From Octopus sinensis (Eukaryota), in NCBI RefSeq assembly GCF_006345805.1, contig NC_043020.1, positions 11,284,001 through 11,348,000 on the forward strand: DNA of 64,000 nucleotides, in the 5' to 3' direction. The position numbers and the translations under genes are program-made. Positions 52,547 to 64,000 of this stretch are shown piece by piece. The notes below the pieces were generated by a model that was not told where the DNA came from, ran no database searches, and worked only from the letters and a program-made list of their open reading frames with translations. Each line of letters begins with the position of its first letter. The stretch's first letter is position 1.

Positions 52547-52586
52547 AACTGTTACTCAGTTTCACGTTCCCGTTCGTCGGACAGTT
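52547..52586 (-). ncRNA. Type-I hammerhead ribozyme motif
   Basis: Minus strand: aactgt-CCGACGA-acg(ggaa)cgt-GAAAC-tga-GTA-acagtt; 6-bp stem I and GNRA loop II. Confidence 0.75.
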
Positions 52587-52834
52587 GTGTGTGTAAAATT
52601 AAAGTTTAGATAGGAGACTTTAAAATGTAGAATCCAAGCCTTGTTTTGGATATGTCCCTAGTAGTGTACTTTGAGGGCTCATTTACCACTTACGACTACT
52701 CGGCGTCATCCGCGGTTCTGCACTTTCTTCGTAGGATCAACGCAAGGAATTCCTCGGTGCACGTTTACTGTATATTAAATGACTGACTAGGGAAGACAGA
52801 ATGTACTCCAAGCTTTATTTAGCATGACAGTCTG

Positions 52835-53256
52835 GGATCTTTTCGGTTTGAACGGCAGTTTTTTCTAGCGGTGTCATATGAAATTGTCACCCATAATTAT
52901 GACCCTAGTATCGATCTATTGCAGTTCAATCTATTTTAGGGTTAGGGTTGGTTAGGGATGGGGCGAAGGGTATCTTTTTTTCTTCAGAAATGTAAATAAA
53001 CCCAATCTGTTTCTTAAACGAGGGACATATTCATTAGGCACAGAATGTTTTTTACCTCAATAGACGTCAGTGATTGGTTGAAATTGCAGAAATTGAAGGA
53101 AAAACAACAACAAATATCTTACAAACTATAGAATTTTCTCAATAAAGCCAAGAGAAAAAGATGTTTTATAAACACATTCTACCAGTATACGAAGTTTAAA
53201 ATTTTTTAGTTCCCTAGAAATTATGTTAAAAACTGCCGTTCAAACCGAAAAGATCC
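52835..53256. mobile_element. MITE with about 29-bp perfect TIRs and internal TTAGGG-like repeats
   Basis: GGATCTTTTCGGTTTGAACGGCAGTTTTT / AAAAACTGCCGTTCAAACCGAAAAGATCC. Confidence 0.9.
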
Positions 53257-53471
53257 ACGATCTGCACTGCCCCCTAGTGAGTGGGACCGATATAATGGAA
53301 TCGAACGCACTCCGCAGTGCAGAAGAAACCTGATCTGGTTGCATAATACCCTACAGTGTTATAATATTACAACAAGGTGTAGATGTGAGCCGAAATGATC
53401 ATCGTGCTACATAAAGCTTGCAGTACACTCTGTCTTCCCTATCAGCCAATTTATACGCACACACACACACA

Positions 53472-53503
<32 letters not shown>

Positions 53504-53519
53504 TCTATCTGTCTATCTG

Positions 53520-53566
<47 letters not shown>

Positions 53567-53767
53567 GTCTATCTGTCTATCTGTCTATCTGTCTATCCGT
53601 CTATCTATCTGTCTATCCGTCTATCTATCTGTCTATCCGTCTATCTATCTGTCTATCCGTCTATCTATCTGTCTATCCGTCTATCTATCTGTCTATCCGT
53701 CTATCTATCTATCTACCTTGTAATTTGTTTTATCTGTGTGCAGCCCTGTGTGGCTAATAAAGAAACA

Positions 53768-53853
<86 letters not shown>
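53472..53853. repeat. (TCTA)n / (TCCGTCTA)-type microsatellite
   Basis: Directly visible. Confidence 0.95.
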
Positions 53854-54091
53854 GCCAACCAACCAACTAAGGGATAATATCTATCCAATATACTGCTGGT
53901 TGAATACCCAATTATTAATACACAAGTGTTTTTTATTGCATTGCAATTACATTACATAGTGTACTAAATGGGTGAAGGTAAAGAGATATTTGACCATTAA
54001 TTTATAGAGCAATAAGAAAATGGAGGCGATCAATAGGTGGTTCATCAACTTTTAGACATTATATTATGTTAACTTATTTATGCGTATACAC

Positions 54092-54145
<54 letters not shown>

Positions 54146-54312
54146 CAAAGTTAGCAGAATGACTCAAAATCCGGGAGTTCCATGCGTTGGCACTTACCAA
54201 ACTCTCGGCCCTTGAGTTACTCCGTTGCTTCTACTATTATAAAGATATAGATATATTCATATTTTGAGTTCTATTTTTGCTGTTTGCATCACAATACCTG
54301 TATATATATGTG

Positions 54313-54364
<52 letters not shown>

Positions 54365-54466
54365 GGAGTAAACACATAAATGTGAAACAAGGTGGAAAAA
54401 AGAGTACTCAAATACCAGTGGTAGAGTAATATGCTTTATTTAAAGCAGCAGAAAATTCAACAAAAT

Positions 54467-54543
54467 CTGTTACTCTGAGTTTCTCGTTGCCGTTCATCAG
54501 ACAGTTTCTCTGATGAACGGCAACGAGAAACTCAGAGTAACAG
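54467..54543. ncRNA. Back-to-back hammerhead motifs in a palindromic mini-element (54362-54575)
   Basis: Minus: ctgt-CTGATGA-acg(gcaa)cga-GAAAC-tcaga-GTA-acag; plus copy has CTGATGA at 54510; same family as about 52450-52590. Confidence 0.72.
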
Positions 54544-54574
54544 ATTTTGTGAATTTTCTGCTGCTTTAAATAAA

Positions 54575-54617
<43 letters not shown>

Positions 54618-54667
54618 GTGAGGGAAGAAATGGAGCTGAACGAAGATTTTACAAAATTCCTTTTATT

Positions 54668-54753
54668 ATTTTCTACACATGTTTCAAAGGCTGCAAATTC
54701 CCTAATTCGGATTGAATAAGGAGACCATTTTGCAGCATTCTCTTCAGGAAAAT
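54668..54753 (-). ncRNA. Type-I hammerhead with long stem II (inverted copy)
   Basis: Exact reverse complement of 54814-54899. Confidence 0.7.
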
Positions 54754-54813
54754 CCTAGGGAGCGTTTGTTCGAAAAGCTTGCTGCGCATTTGTTTGGAGA
54801 TTTAAGTTCCTGG

Positions 54814-54899
54814 ATTTTCCTGAAGAGAATGCTGCAAAATGGTCTCCTTATTCAATCCGAATTAGGGAATTTGCAGCCTTTGAAACATGTGTAGAAAAT
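54814..54899 (+). ncRNA. Type-I hammerhead with long stem II
   Basis: attttc-CTGAAGA-gaatgctgcaaa...tttgcagccttt-GAAAC-atgt-GTA-gaaaat. Confidence 0.7.
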
Positions 54900-55109
54900 A
54901 ATAAAAAGGAATTTTGTAAAATCTTCGTTCAGCTCCATTTCTTCCCTCACTAAATATAAAACTTCAATTATCCGCACTAAGGCACGGTTGCGATACCCCA
55001 TGGTCGTAACCTCAACCGTGATTTTTCTGTTGTGATTTTTGCTACCCAGGTATCGGTTATAATTTGAATAATCCGTAACAAGATAATTCATTTATCCATT
55101 TCATTAAAA

Positions 55110-55647
<538 letters not shown>

Positions 55648-57214
55648 AAGAAAGGAATGAAGAAAGCTGATGTCTTGCTTTTTATGTTTGTGAATTCTTA
55701 ATAATATTTCTAACAATGAAAGCATTAGTATTACTATCAATATTTAGTAAAGAAAACATTGTTATTTGTACTATTTTACGGCTTTAGTCTTGGAAATTTG
55801 AAATAGTTGCATTTTACTTTTTTTATGGAGGAAAATGTTATTACAAATGTGAATAAAATGTAATTATACTTCAGAAATAATATATTTGACGTGTGTACGT
55901 AATTACGAAATTTAATGATAGTAATACATTTAAGCGATTAATTAATTAATTAATATTTGTTTAGAAAACTATTGACTGTATAAGTAATGGACAACAAGTG
56001 ATAAATAATTATGCAGTGATGTACAAATCAGAATAAACATCACAACATCACAAGTTGTTGGTGAGTTAAGAATTATTTTAATTTCTAGAAAACACAATGG
56101 GAGAGACAGAGAGAGGGGGAGATTGGATAAAGAAAGAGAGAGGGAGTGAGAGTGTGAGACAAAGTGAGAGAGTGATAGTGTGAAACAAGCGAGAGAGTGT
56201 GAGAGAGAAAGTGTGAAAGAATGAGAGAGTGAGAATGCGGCAGAGAAAGTAAGAGTATCGGTAAGAGTAAGAAAGAACGTGTTAAAGTGAGAGAGAGAGA
56301 GAGAGAGAGAGAGAGTAAGAATGAGTGTGAGTGAGAGGGAAGGAGTGAGGACGGAAGAGTGAGAACGCGGCAGTTAGTGAGAGTGTAAGTGAGAAAGCAA
56401 GAGAGATAAAAAGCGTGAGAGAGAGAAAGAGAGAAAAAAAGCGTGAGAAAAAGAGAAAGGCAGAGAGAAATAAGGCGTGAGAGAGAGAGAGAAAGGGAAA
56501 AGGTAAAACTGCGGACGTAAAACAAAGAGAAACGAAAAGTATTGTGAAAAATAACAAGCGAAAATTAAAATAATAAAAAAGAAAATCAACTGGAGGAAGG
56601 TCCGCGCTAAATACTTAGCGGAAAAATATATATATTTTTACGTTTTTATGTTTTTGTGTTCGCCTCTTAGGTTAATGTAAGAAGCGTGCTTTGTTAGTTG
56701 CTGTGGTGTGGTTTTATGTAATTTTATATGAGATATTTGTCGAAAGGAGGCTTCAAGTAAAGAGTTATTAACAACAAGAAGAAAGCGAAAATAGGTATAA
56801 ATATATTAAATAAACGAAAAGAAGCAGGAACTACGTCAAATTCGAAGGTAAAGTTATTGTGCGGATGCAAAAAATATCGACAATTAATACACTATATGTC
56901 TATATATATAGAACGACATTGCACACTAACATCATTTATATATGTGTGTGTTGGCGACTAAACGTGGATTATATACGCGCATATATACTTCATACACGCA
57001 CATACATATATAGTATTTATGCGATGTTTTATATCTTCAATATGTACAAATGTTTTGTATCTTCAATATATAATTCATAAATCACTCACTATAATTATCA
57101 ACTTAAATTATCGACTAAAATCTGTAATTTAAGCATTTGAACAAAATAACGAAATTATACAAGAAATAACTACAGAAGTCCAAGTAGAAAGAAGCGGATA
57201 AAAACGTCGAAAAA

Positions 57215-57358
57215 ATGGTAAATGAAAAATTTCCAGAAAATTCCTGGTCTGACAACCCAGCAGATGCAGAACAATTCAGTGATGAAGGAGGTGAAGATGA
57301 TGCCAATGAGAATCATACCTCGTCGTGGTCGCCTTACGAAGACCCATATCAACGACCG
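57215..57358 (+). CDS. Candidate first coding exon of a host gene (acidic N-terminus)
   Basis: aaaATGG start; MVNEKFPENSWSDNPADAEQFSDEGGEDDANENHTSSWSPYEDPYQRP, then CCG|GTAGGA donor (phase 0); upstream donor AAG|GTAAAG at about 56848 and a GA-rich upstream tract. Confidence 0.4.
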
Positions 57359-57394
57359 GTAGGAAAAAAATTATTTTTTTAAAAAATTTTTTAT

Positions 57395-58460
57395 TCGGCT
57401 CTTTATGTTCTGAGTTCAAATCCCGTCGAGGTCGACCTCGCTTTTTCATCTTTTCTTCAGAATCAATAAAATAAGTACCAGTGGAATACTGAGTCGGTTT
57501 CAGGGCTTTTGCCTAAGTAGAAAGGATTATTATTATTATTATTATTAATGTGGCAAGTTGACAGAACTGTTAGCATTTCGTCCGTTTATACAATTCCAGT
57601 TCAAATTTCGCCGGGGTCGATAAATTAAGCAAGTACCAGTCCAGTACTGGGGTCGATGTAATTGACTAGCCCCCCCTCCCCAAAATTTGAGGCCTTGTGC
57701 CTACTATTAGAAAAGAGTTCTCTTCATAGATATAAAACCTACCTGTTTTCATATTGTCCTCTATGTCTTGGGACCTTGTGGCCAATGAAAAATTATTATT
57801 ATTATTATTCAGCTCAAGTTCAAATCATATCGCGGTCGCCTTTGCCGTTCATCCTTTCGAGATCGATAAAATAAAGTACCAGTCATATACTGAGCCCGAA
57901 GTTACCGAGTTTCCCCTCCCCTCAAAATTACTGACCTTGTGTCAAAATTAGGGATTATTATTACTATTATTGTAGTTGTTGGTGCTGACTGATCCTCACC
58001 CCTCATAACTTGTGGCCTTATGCGGGCCACGACGTTAAGAACGTCGTAAAAAGTTGCCTAGCGGCAACTCATTAATGTTTGATTTTACCGAGTTCACTTT
58101 TGTCCTTCGTCCTTTTGGGGGTCGATAAACTAAAGTGCGTATGAAGAACTGAGGTAGGGGTCGATGCTATCGACTAACCCATTCCATTCCATATTGTTCA
58201 TGCCATGCCAAAATTCGTGACCAATATTATCTTTTTACTTAAGGCAGCGAGCTGGCAGTTCGTTAGCGCGCCGGACAAAATGCTTAGCGGCATTTCGTCC
58301 GTCTGTATGTTCTGAGTTCAAATTCTGCCGAGGTCGACTTTCCCTTTCATCCTTTCGTGGTCGATAAAATAAATACTAGTTGAGCCCTGGAGTTGATGTA
58401 ATCAACATACTTGCTCCCGCGGACTTCATGGGCCCTGTCCCAAAATTTGAAATCAATATC
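57395..58460 (+). mobile_element. Cluster of about 5 old SINE family B copies
   Basis: Repeated gttcaaat..gtcgac..tcatcc..gtcgataaa..agtaccag blocks; best copy 58242-58460. Confidence 0.75.
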
Positions 58461-58732
58461 TTTTACTTATTTCGGTCATTAGTTACACTGTGGCCATATT
58501 GGAGTACCGCATTGTAAAATATTAGTCAAACAAATCGATCCTAGCACATATTATATTTTAAAACCTGGTACTTATTCTATCGATTCTTTTTGCTGAACCG
58601 CTAATGTTACGGGGACATAAATACACCAGCTCTGGTTAGTGGGGGACACACACACTTATATATACACGACAGGCTTCTTTCAGTTTCTGTCTAAAGTAGA
58701 AGCAAATATTATTTATTTTTTTAAACTTTTTT

Positions 58733-58826
58733 GGCGGAGGTAAAGAATACGCACACCGCCAATTTTCGGCCTAACCGTAAACCCCTAACCCTTAAACATT
58801 GAGTGCGCGTTTTCTTTACCTTCGCC
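58733..58826. mobile_element. Mini-MITE with TIRs and a TAACCC-like core
   Basis: ggcggaggtaaagaatacgcac / gcgcgttttctttaccttcgcc. Confidence 0.55.
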
Positions 58827-58978
58827 CTCTTGTTTTTTTTTTCTTTGTGTTCGAATCCTGCCGTAGACAACTTTGCCTTTCAGCCTTTTCAGAGTCGACC
58901 AAAATATAAAATACTGATGCCAATTAAATCGTTTTTGCTCATGTAAAAAAATAATAATTTTAAGTATGTATATTTTAC

Positions 58979-60261
58979 GGTTGATATCTAGTTTAACACC
59001 CGATCACCAAAACAAAACAAAAACAAGTGTAATAGGCAACAAAATGCGTAGTAAACGAACCAGAAAACCAAAATTTGCGCAAAAGAACCGGGGATTGGAA
59101 AAAGGACTTTCGGAAAATCCATACGATCCGATTTTTTCCCTCATAACTTTCAGGAAAATGGGTATCTTTTATTGAAAGTTTATACAAAAACTTTTCCCAC
59201 GGCATAGATTACAATTATAAAGAAATTTGTGGCGGGGGAAATTTTTTTCTAAGGAGCTGGGGAGAGTTTCGGATCATGAGGACCACATAAGTTGGGATTT
59301 CGCCGTTTTGACAGGGATTTTTCAAATTGTTTTTTCCACCACAGTTTTCGAAATGATGGAGAGCAGCTTTTTATGAAAAAAGGGTTTGGAAAATTTATGG
59401 TTATTTTTTTTACTCTCCCGCATGCTCCATTGGTGGGATATAAGCATCAACAAAAGAAAATGTTAATTTAAATGTTTATACCAACCTTAATGAAGCGAGG
59501 CCGTGTGTGTGTAAGAAAATACATTTTCTAACAGAAATGTATGCTATTAAAATTAATTATCTTTACATACCTATTTTTTAAAAATCACTGTGGATAAATG
59601 CCAGAAACGACCTCAGGCTCTCCAGTGTTTTAAATTATAAACAAAAACAATCAAGGACGGGGAGTGGGGTTGGAAAAAATATCATAAATTTTCAAATTTC
59701 TTTGCGAGCGCGAGAAAGAAACGAGGAGGGTTGTCATGGGATGTGCTAGAAACTACAGTCAAATTCTCCCTTAAATCACACTTTTTGCTCTGAAATCATT
59801 TACAACTTTTTTTTTTTTTTTTCCTTTTCACCGAAAAGGCTCCTCCCTTTGTTTTTAAGTGCAAAAAATTGGCCAAAATCGGTCCGGAGGGGGGATGGAA
59901 GGGGGTGGGGTGGCAAAAAATGAACTTATGTGGTTTTCCTTATCCGAAACTTCTCACACACCCCACCCTGGAAAAAAAATTTTCCCTCACAAATTTCTTC
60001 ATAATCCGTAATCTATGCTATTTGAAAAGTTTTCTTTATATAAAATTTCATTAAAAGATATCCATTTTCCTGAAAGTTTATGAGGGGGGAAAAAAATCGG
60101 ATCGTGGGAATTTTCCGAGAGCCCTGTCCACAACCCCCAGTTCACTTGCGCAAATTTCGGTTTTCCGACTCGTTTTCTACACATTTTAAAAAAAAATTTT
60201 CACACCTATTACACCTCTCTTTGTTTGTTTTGGTGGCCGACTGTTAAACTAGATATTAACC
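58979..60261. mobile_element. Foldback/MULE-like non-autonomous DNA transposon with about 320-bp diverged TIRs
   Basis: GGTTGATATCTAGTTTAACA / TGTTAAACTAGATATTAACC; 8-bp TSD tattttac/tattttat. Confidence 0.75.
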
Positions 60262-60614
60262 TATTTTATTAGGCCTCGCAGTTGCCTTCGTCAGCGTCGT
60301 CATCTGCTTGTATTTGGCATCACTGACTGTTGTCACTTAATACTATTACTACTTCCATTTCAGCAATTACCTATATTTATGCTTGACTGATTATCTACCA
60401 CCTTCAGGAAGCTTAAATAAATTATATCCATCTGTTTATATGTCATGAACCATGATCAATTTTTGTATAACGTTGTCAACCAGTCAATGAGAGAGAAAGA
60501 AAAAAATCTCATTGTATACATTCGAGTTAAAACCAGTTGATTTTCGTTATGGCCTATCATATCATACAGGTTTATAACAGATGCAAGGGGCATACTTTCT
60601 CTCTCTCTCTTTCT

Positions 60615-61017
60615 CTTTTACTCTTTTACTTGTTTCAGTCATTTGACTGCGGCCATGCTGGAGCACCGCCTTTTAGTCGAGCAACTCGACCCCGGGACTT
60701 ATTCTTTGTAAGCCCAGTACTTATTCTATCGGTCTCTTTTGCCGAACCGCTAAGTAACGGGGACGTAAACACACCGGTTGTCAAGCAAAGCTAGGAGGAC
60801 AAACACAGACACACAAACACATACAAACATATACATATATATATATACATATATACGACAGGCTTCTTTCAGTTTCCGTCTACCAAATCCACTCACAAGG
60901 CATTGGTCGGCCCGGGGCTATAGCAGAAGACACTTGCCCAAGGTGCCACGCAGTGGGACTGAACCCGGAACCATGTGGTTGGTTAGCAAGCTACTTATCA
61001 CACAGCCACTCCTGCGC
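60615..61017 (-). mobile_element. SINE family C
   Basis: Family C consensus. Confidence 0.9.
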
Positions 61018-61207
61018 ATATGTGTATTTTTTTCTTTATTTTTTTTACTTCTTTCACTAATTAGAGTGTGGCCATGCTGAAGCACTTCCTTGATGTGTTT
61101 AGTCGGTTAAATCGGCCCCAGTTCTTTGCCTAACCGTTCAGTTACGTGAACGAACACGAACAAACATTGGTTGTCAAGTGGTGGTGGAGAACAAACATAA
61201 ACTCATG

Positions 61208-62072
61208 TATATCCATTCATCTATCCATCCGTCTATCTATCTGTCTGTCTGTCTACCTATCCGTCTATCTGTCTGTCTGTCTACCTACATACCTATCCGT
61301 CTTTCTGTCTGTCTGTCTACCTATCTACCTACCTATGTTTACCTATCTACCTACCTACCTATTCGTCTATCTATCTGTCTACCTATCCGTCTATCTATCT
61401 ATCTGTCTACCTATCCGTCTACCTATCCGTCTATCTATCTGTCTACCTATCCGTCTACCTATCCGTCTATCTATCTGTCTACTTATCCGTCTACCTATCC
61501 GTCTACCTATCCGTCTATCTATCTGTCTATCTATCTGTCTACCTATCCGTCTACCTATCTGTCTACCTATCCGTCTATCTATCTGTCTATCTATCTGTCT
61601 ACCTATCCGTCTATCTATCCGTCTATCTATCCGTCTATCTATCTGTCTATCTATCTGTCTACCTACCTATGTTTACCTATCTACCTACCTACCTATCTGT
61701 CTATCTATCTATCTGTCTACCTATCTGTCTACCTATCTGTCTACCTATCTGTCTACCTATCTGTCTACCTATCTGTCTACCTATCTGTCTATCTATCTGT
61801 CTATCTATCTGTCTATCTATCTGTCTATCTATCCGTCTATCTATCCGTCTATCTATCCGTCTATCTATCCGTCTATCTATCCGTCTATCTATCCGTCTAT
61901 CTATCCGTCTATCTATCCGTCTATCTATCCGTCTATCTATCCGTCTATCTATCCGTCTATCTATCCGTCTATCTATCCGTCTATCTATCCGTCTATCTAT
62001 CCGTCTATCTATCCGTCTACCTATACGTCTACCTATACGTCTATCTATCCGTCTAGCTACCTGTCTATCTGT
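61208..62072. repeat. (TCTA)-derived microsatellite/minisatellite
   Basis: Directly visible; explains the SIYL/LSIC ORFs. Confidence 0.95.
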
Positions 62073-62076
62073 CAAA

Positions 62077-63028
62077 TCTGTACGTATTGACTCTTGAGCC
62101 ACTACTGCGGACGCTGGCGACGCAAACGGGCATCCCGCCAGAGCTGGGATGCGGGACGAGCGTGTCTGCATACGCGGACGACGTCATCGTCATAGTGTCG
62201 AGCCACAGACATATCGACCTGGTCAGCGAAACACTAAAAGAATACGAAACAGTAACGGGAGCAAAAATTAACCGGGGAAAAGTCGGTGAGCTTGCGGCTC
62301 GGCACCTGGAGAAGCAAACCCATGCCTTCCAACAGTGTCTCCATCGTGGGACGCTGTTCCGACGGACCGGTTAAGTTGCTTGGAGTCTGGTTCGGTCCGG
62401 ACCTCCAAATGAAGAACTGGGGCAAGATAACGACCATGGTGGACACTCACCCAGCAATGGCCCCAGAGGAAGCTATTCCTTAAAAGGTCGGGTGGCGAAC
62501 GCGTACATCGCATCCGTCATCGTTACCGTCTGAACGTCGTGCCTTGTCCCGACCCTACCATCACCAAACTGGAACACGTACTCTTCCGCCTTTCGTGGAA
62601 GGGAAACGTTCCTATGGTTAGGCGATCCATTTGCTGTCAGCACCCGCTAAATGGAGGGCTAAGCGCGCCGTGGTTGATGATGCGCAGACATGCGCAGAGA
62701 CTGCGACATCTCCGGCGCTTTATAGACAACGGTGAACAGGGGTGGTAGCCGTTTGTGCGGCGCGCTTTCCCGCAGTCGTCTCTTTGGCCGAACTGCAGTC
62801 GTGGATCAAACAGAGACCGAGGCTAGGCGAATGGCACCGTGAGTGCTGCCTTGCTCTCAAGCAACTCTGAGTCCGGGACCAAACTTGTGTGACTTCAACC
62901 CCACAAAGGCGTTCTATAGAGGATTAGTGGAGGGGAAGTGCGACGACGTTCTCGGGCAGAATCTGGGCGTCGACGAGGAACACCTGACCCGCCGGTTCAG
63001 GAGAACTTTCGGACCGGGACCTATGAAA
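62077..63028 (+). mobile_element. Tx1/L1-clade LINE RT fragment
   Basis: [45 protein letters not shown]; GC-rich island inside TCTA repeats. Confidence 0.85.
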
Positions 63029-63029
63029 A

Positions 63030-64000
63030 TATCTATCTATCTAGATGTCTATCTAGCTGTCTATCTAGATGTCTATCTAGCTGTCTATCTAGATGTCTAT
63101 CTAGCTGTCTATCTAGCTGTCTGTCTGTCTATCGTTCTGTCTGTCTATCTCTCTATTTGTCCATCTATTTGTCCATCTATCTGTCCATCTATCTGTCCAT
63201 CTATCTGTCCATCTATCTGTCTATCTATCTGTCTATCTCTCTATTTATCTCTCTAGTTGTCTATCTATCTGTCTATCTATCTGTCTATCTCTCTATTTGT
63301 CTATCTATCTGTCTATCTCTATTTATCTCTCTATTTATCTCTCTATTTATCTCTCTATTTATCTCTCTATTTATCTCTCTATTTATCTCTCTATTTATCT
63401 CTCTATTTATCTCTCTATTTGTCTCTCTATTTGTCTCTCTCTCTCTATTTATCTCTCTATTTGTCTCTCTCTCTATTTATCTCTCTATTTATCTCTCTAT
63501 TTATCTCTCTATTTATCTCTCTATTTGTCTTTCTCTCTATTTATCTCTCTATTTGTCTTTCTCTCTATTTATCTCTCTATTTATCTCTCTATTATCTCTC
63601 TATTTATCTCTCTAATTATCTCTCTTTTTGTCTATCTATCTGTCTATCTCTCTATTTGTCTCTCTATTTGTCTCTCTATTTGTCTCTCTATTTGTCTCTC
63701 TATTTGTCTCTCTATTTGTCTCTCTATTTGTATCTCTATTTGTCTCTCTATTTGTCTCTCTATTTGTCTCTCTATTTGTCTCTCTATTTGTCTCTCTATT
63801 TGTCTCTCTATTTGTCTCTCTATTTGTCTCTCTATTTGTCTCTCTATTTGTCTCTCTATTTATCTCTCTATTTATCTCTCTCTTTATCTCTCTATTTGTC
63901 TTTCTCTCTATTTGTCTTTCTCTCTATTTATCTCTCTATTATCTCTCTATTTATCTCTCTATTTATCTCTCTTTTTGTCTATCTATCTGTCTATCTCTCT
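63030..64000. repeat. (TCTA)n and 12-bp (TCTCTATTTG/ATC) repeats
   Basis: Directly visible. Confidence 0.95.

Overview
AT-rich eukaryotic (animal) DNA saturated with microsatellites and mobile elements. The SINE families look like those of octopus/coleoid cephalopods (recognition from memory, not a database result). No multi-exon host gene can be built. Main contents: (1) a Penelope-like element (PLE, Neptune-type) with a 630-aa RT + GIY-YIG ORF (18168-20060). Its 3' pseudo-LTR carries five ATTGG-N12-TGACGTC modules, a TATA box and a splice donor. (2) Several short, mostly (TA)n-embedded, often palindromic PLE-type remnants carrying minimal type-I hammerhead ribozyme motifs (about 8 readable cores in 4-5 families). 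(3) R4/Dong LINE relics and a 550-bp non-coding element in (TAA)n. (4) RTE, CR1 and Tx1/L1 LINE relics. (5) A mariner relic whose catalytic YSPDLAPSD-type motif is amplified into a 10 x 57-bp minisatellite. (6) A DD37D-type Tc1/mariner relic, a nested Gypsy relic, a Helitron and MITEs. (7) An intronless RPS21 retrocopy. (8) Three tRNA-SINE families in many copies. (9) One orphan 170-aa ORF and one candidate coding exon. Most ORFs in the supplied track are translations of microsatellites or SINEs. Boundaries of degraded repeats are approximate, and family assignments rest on motifs read by eye.
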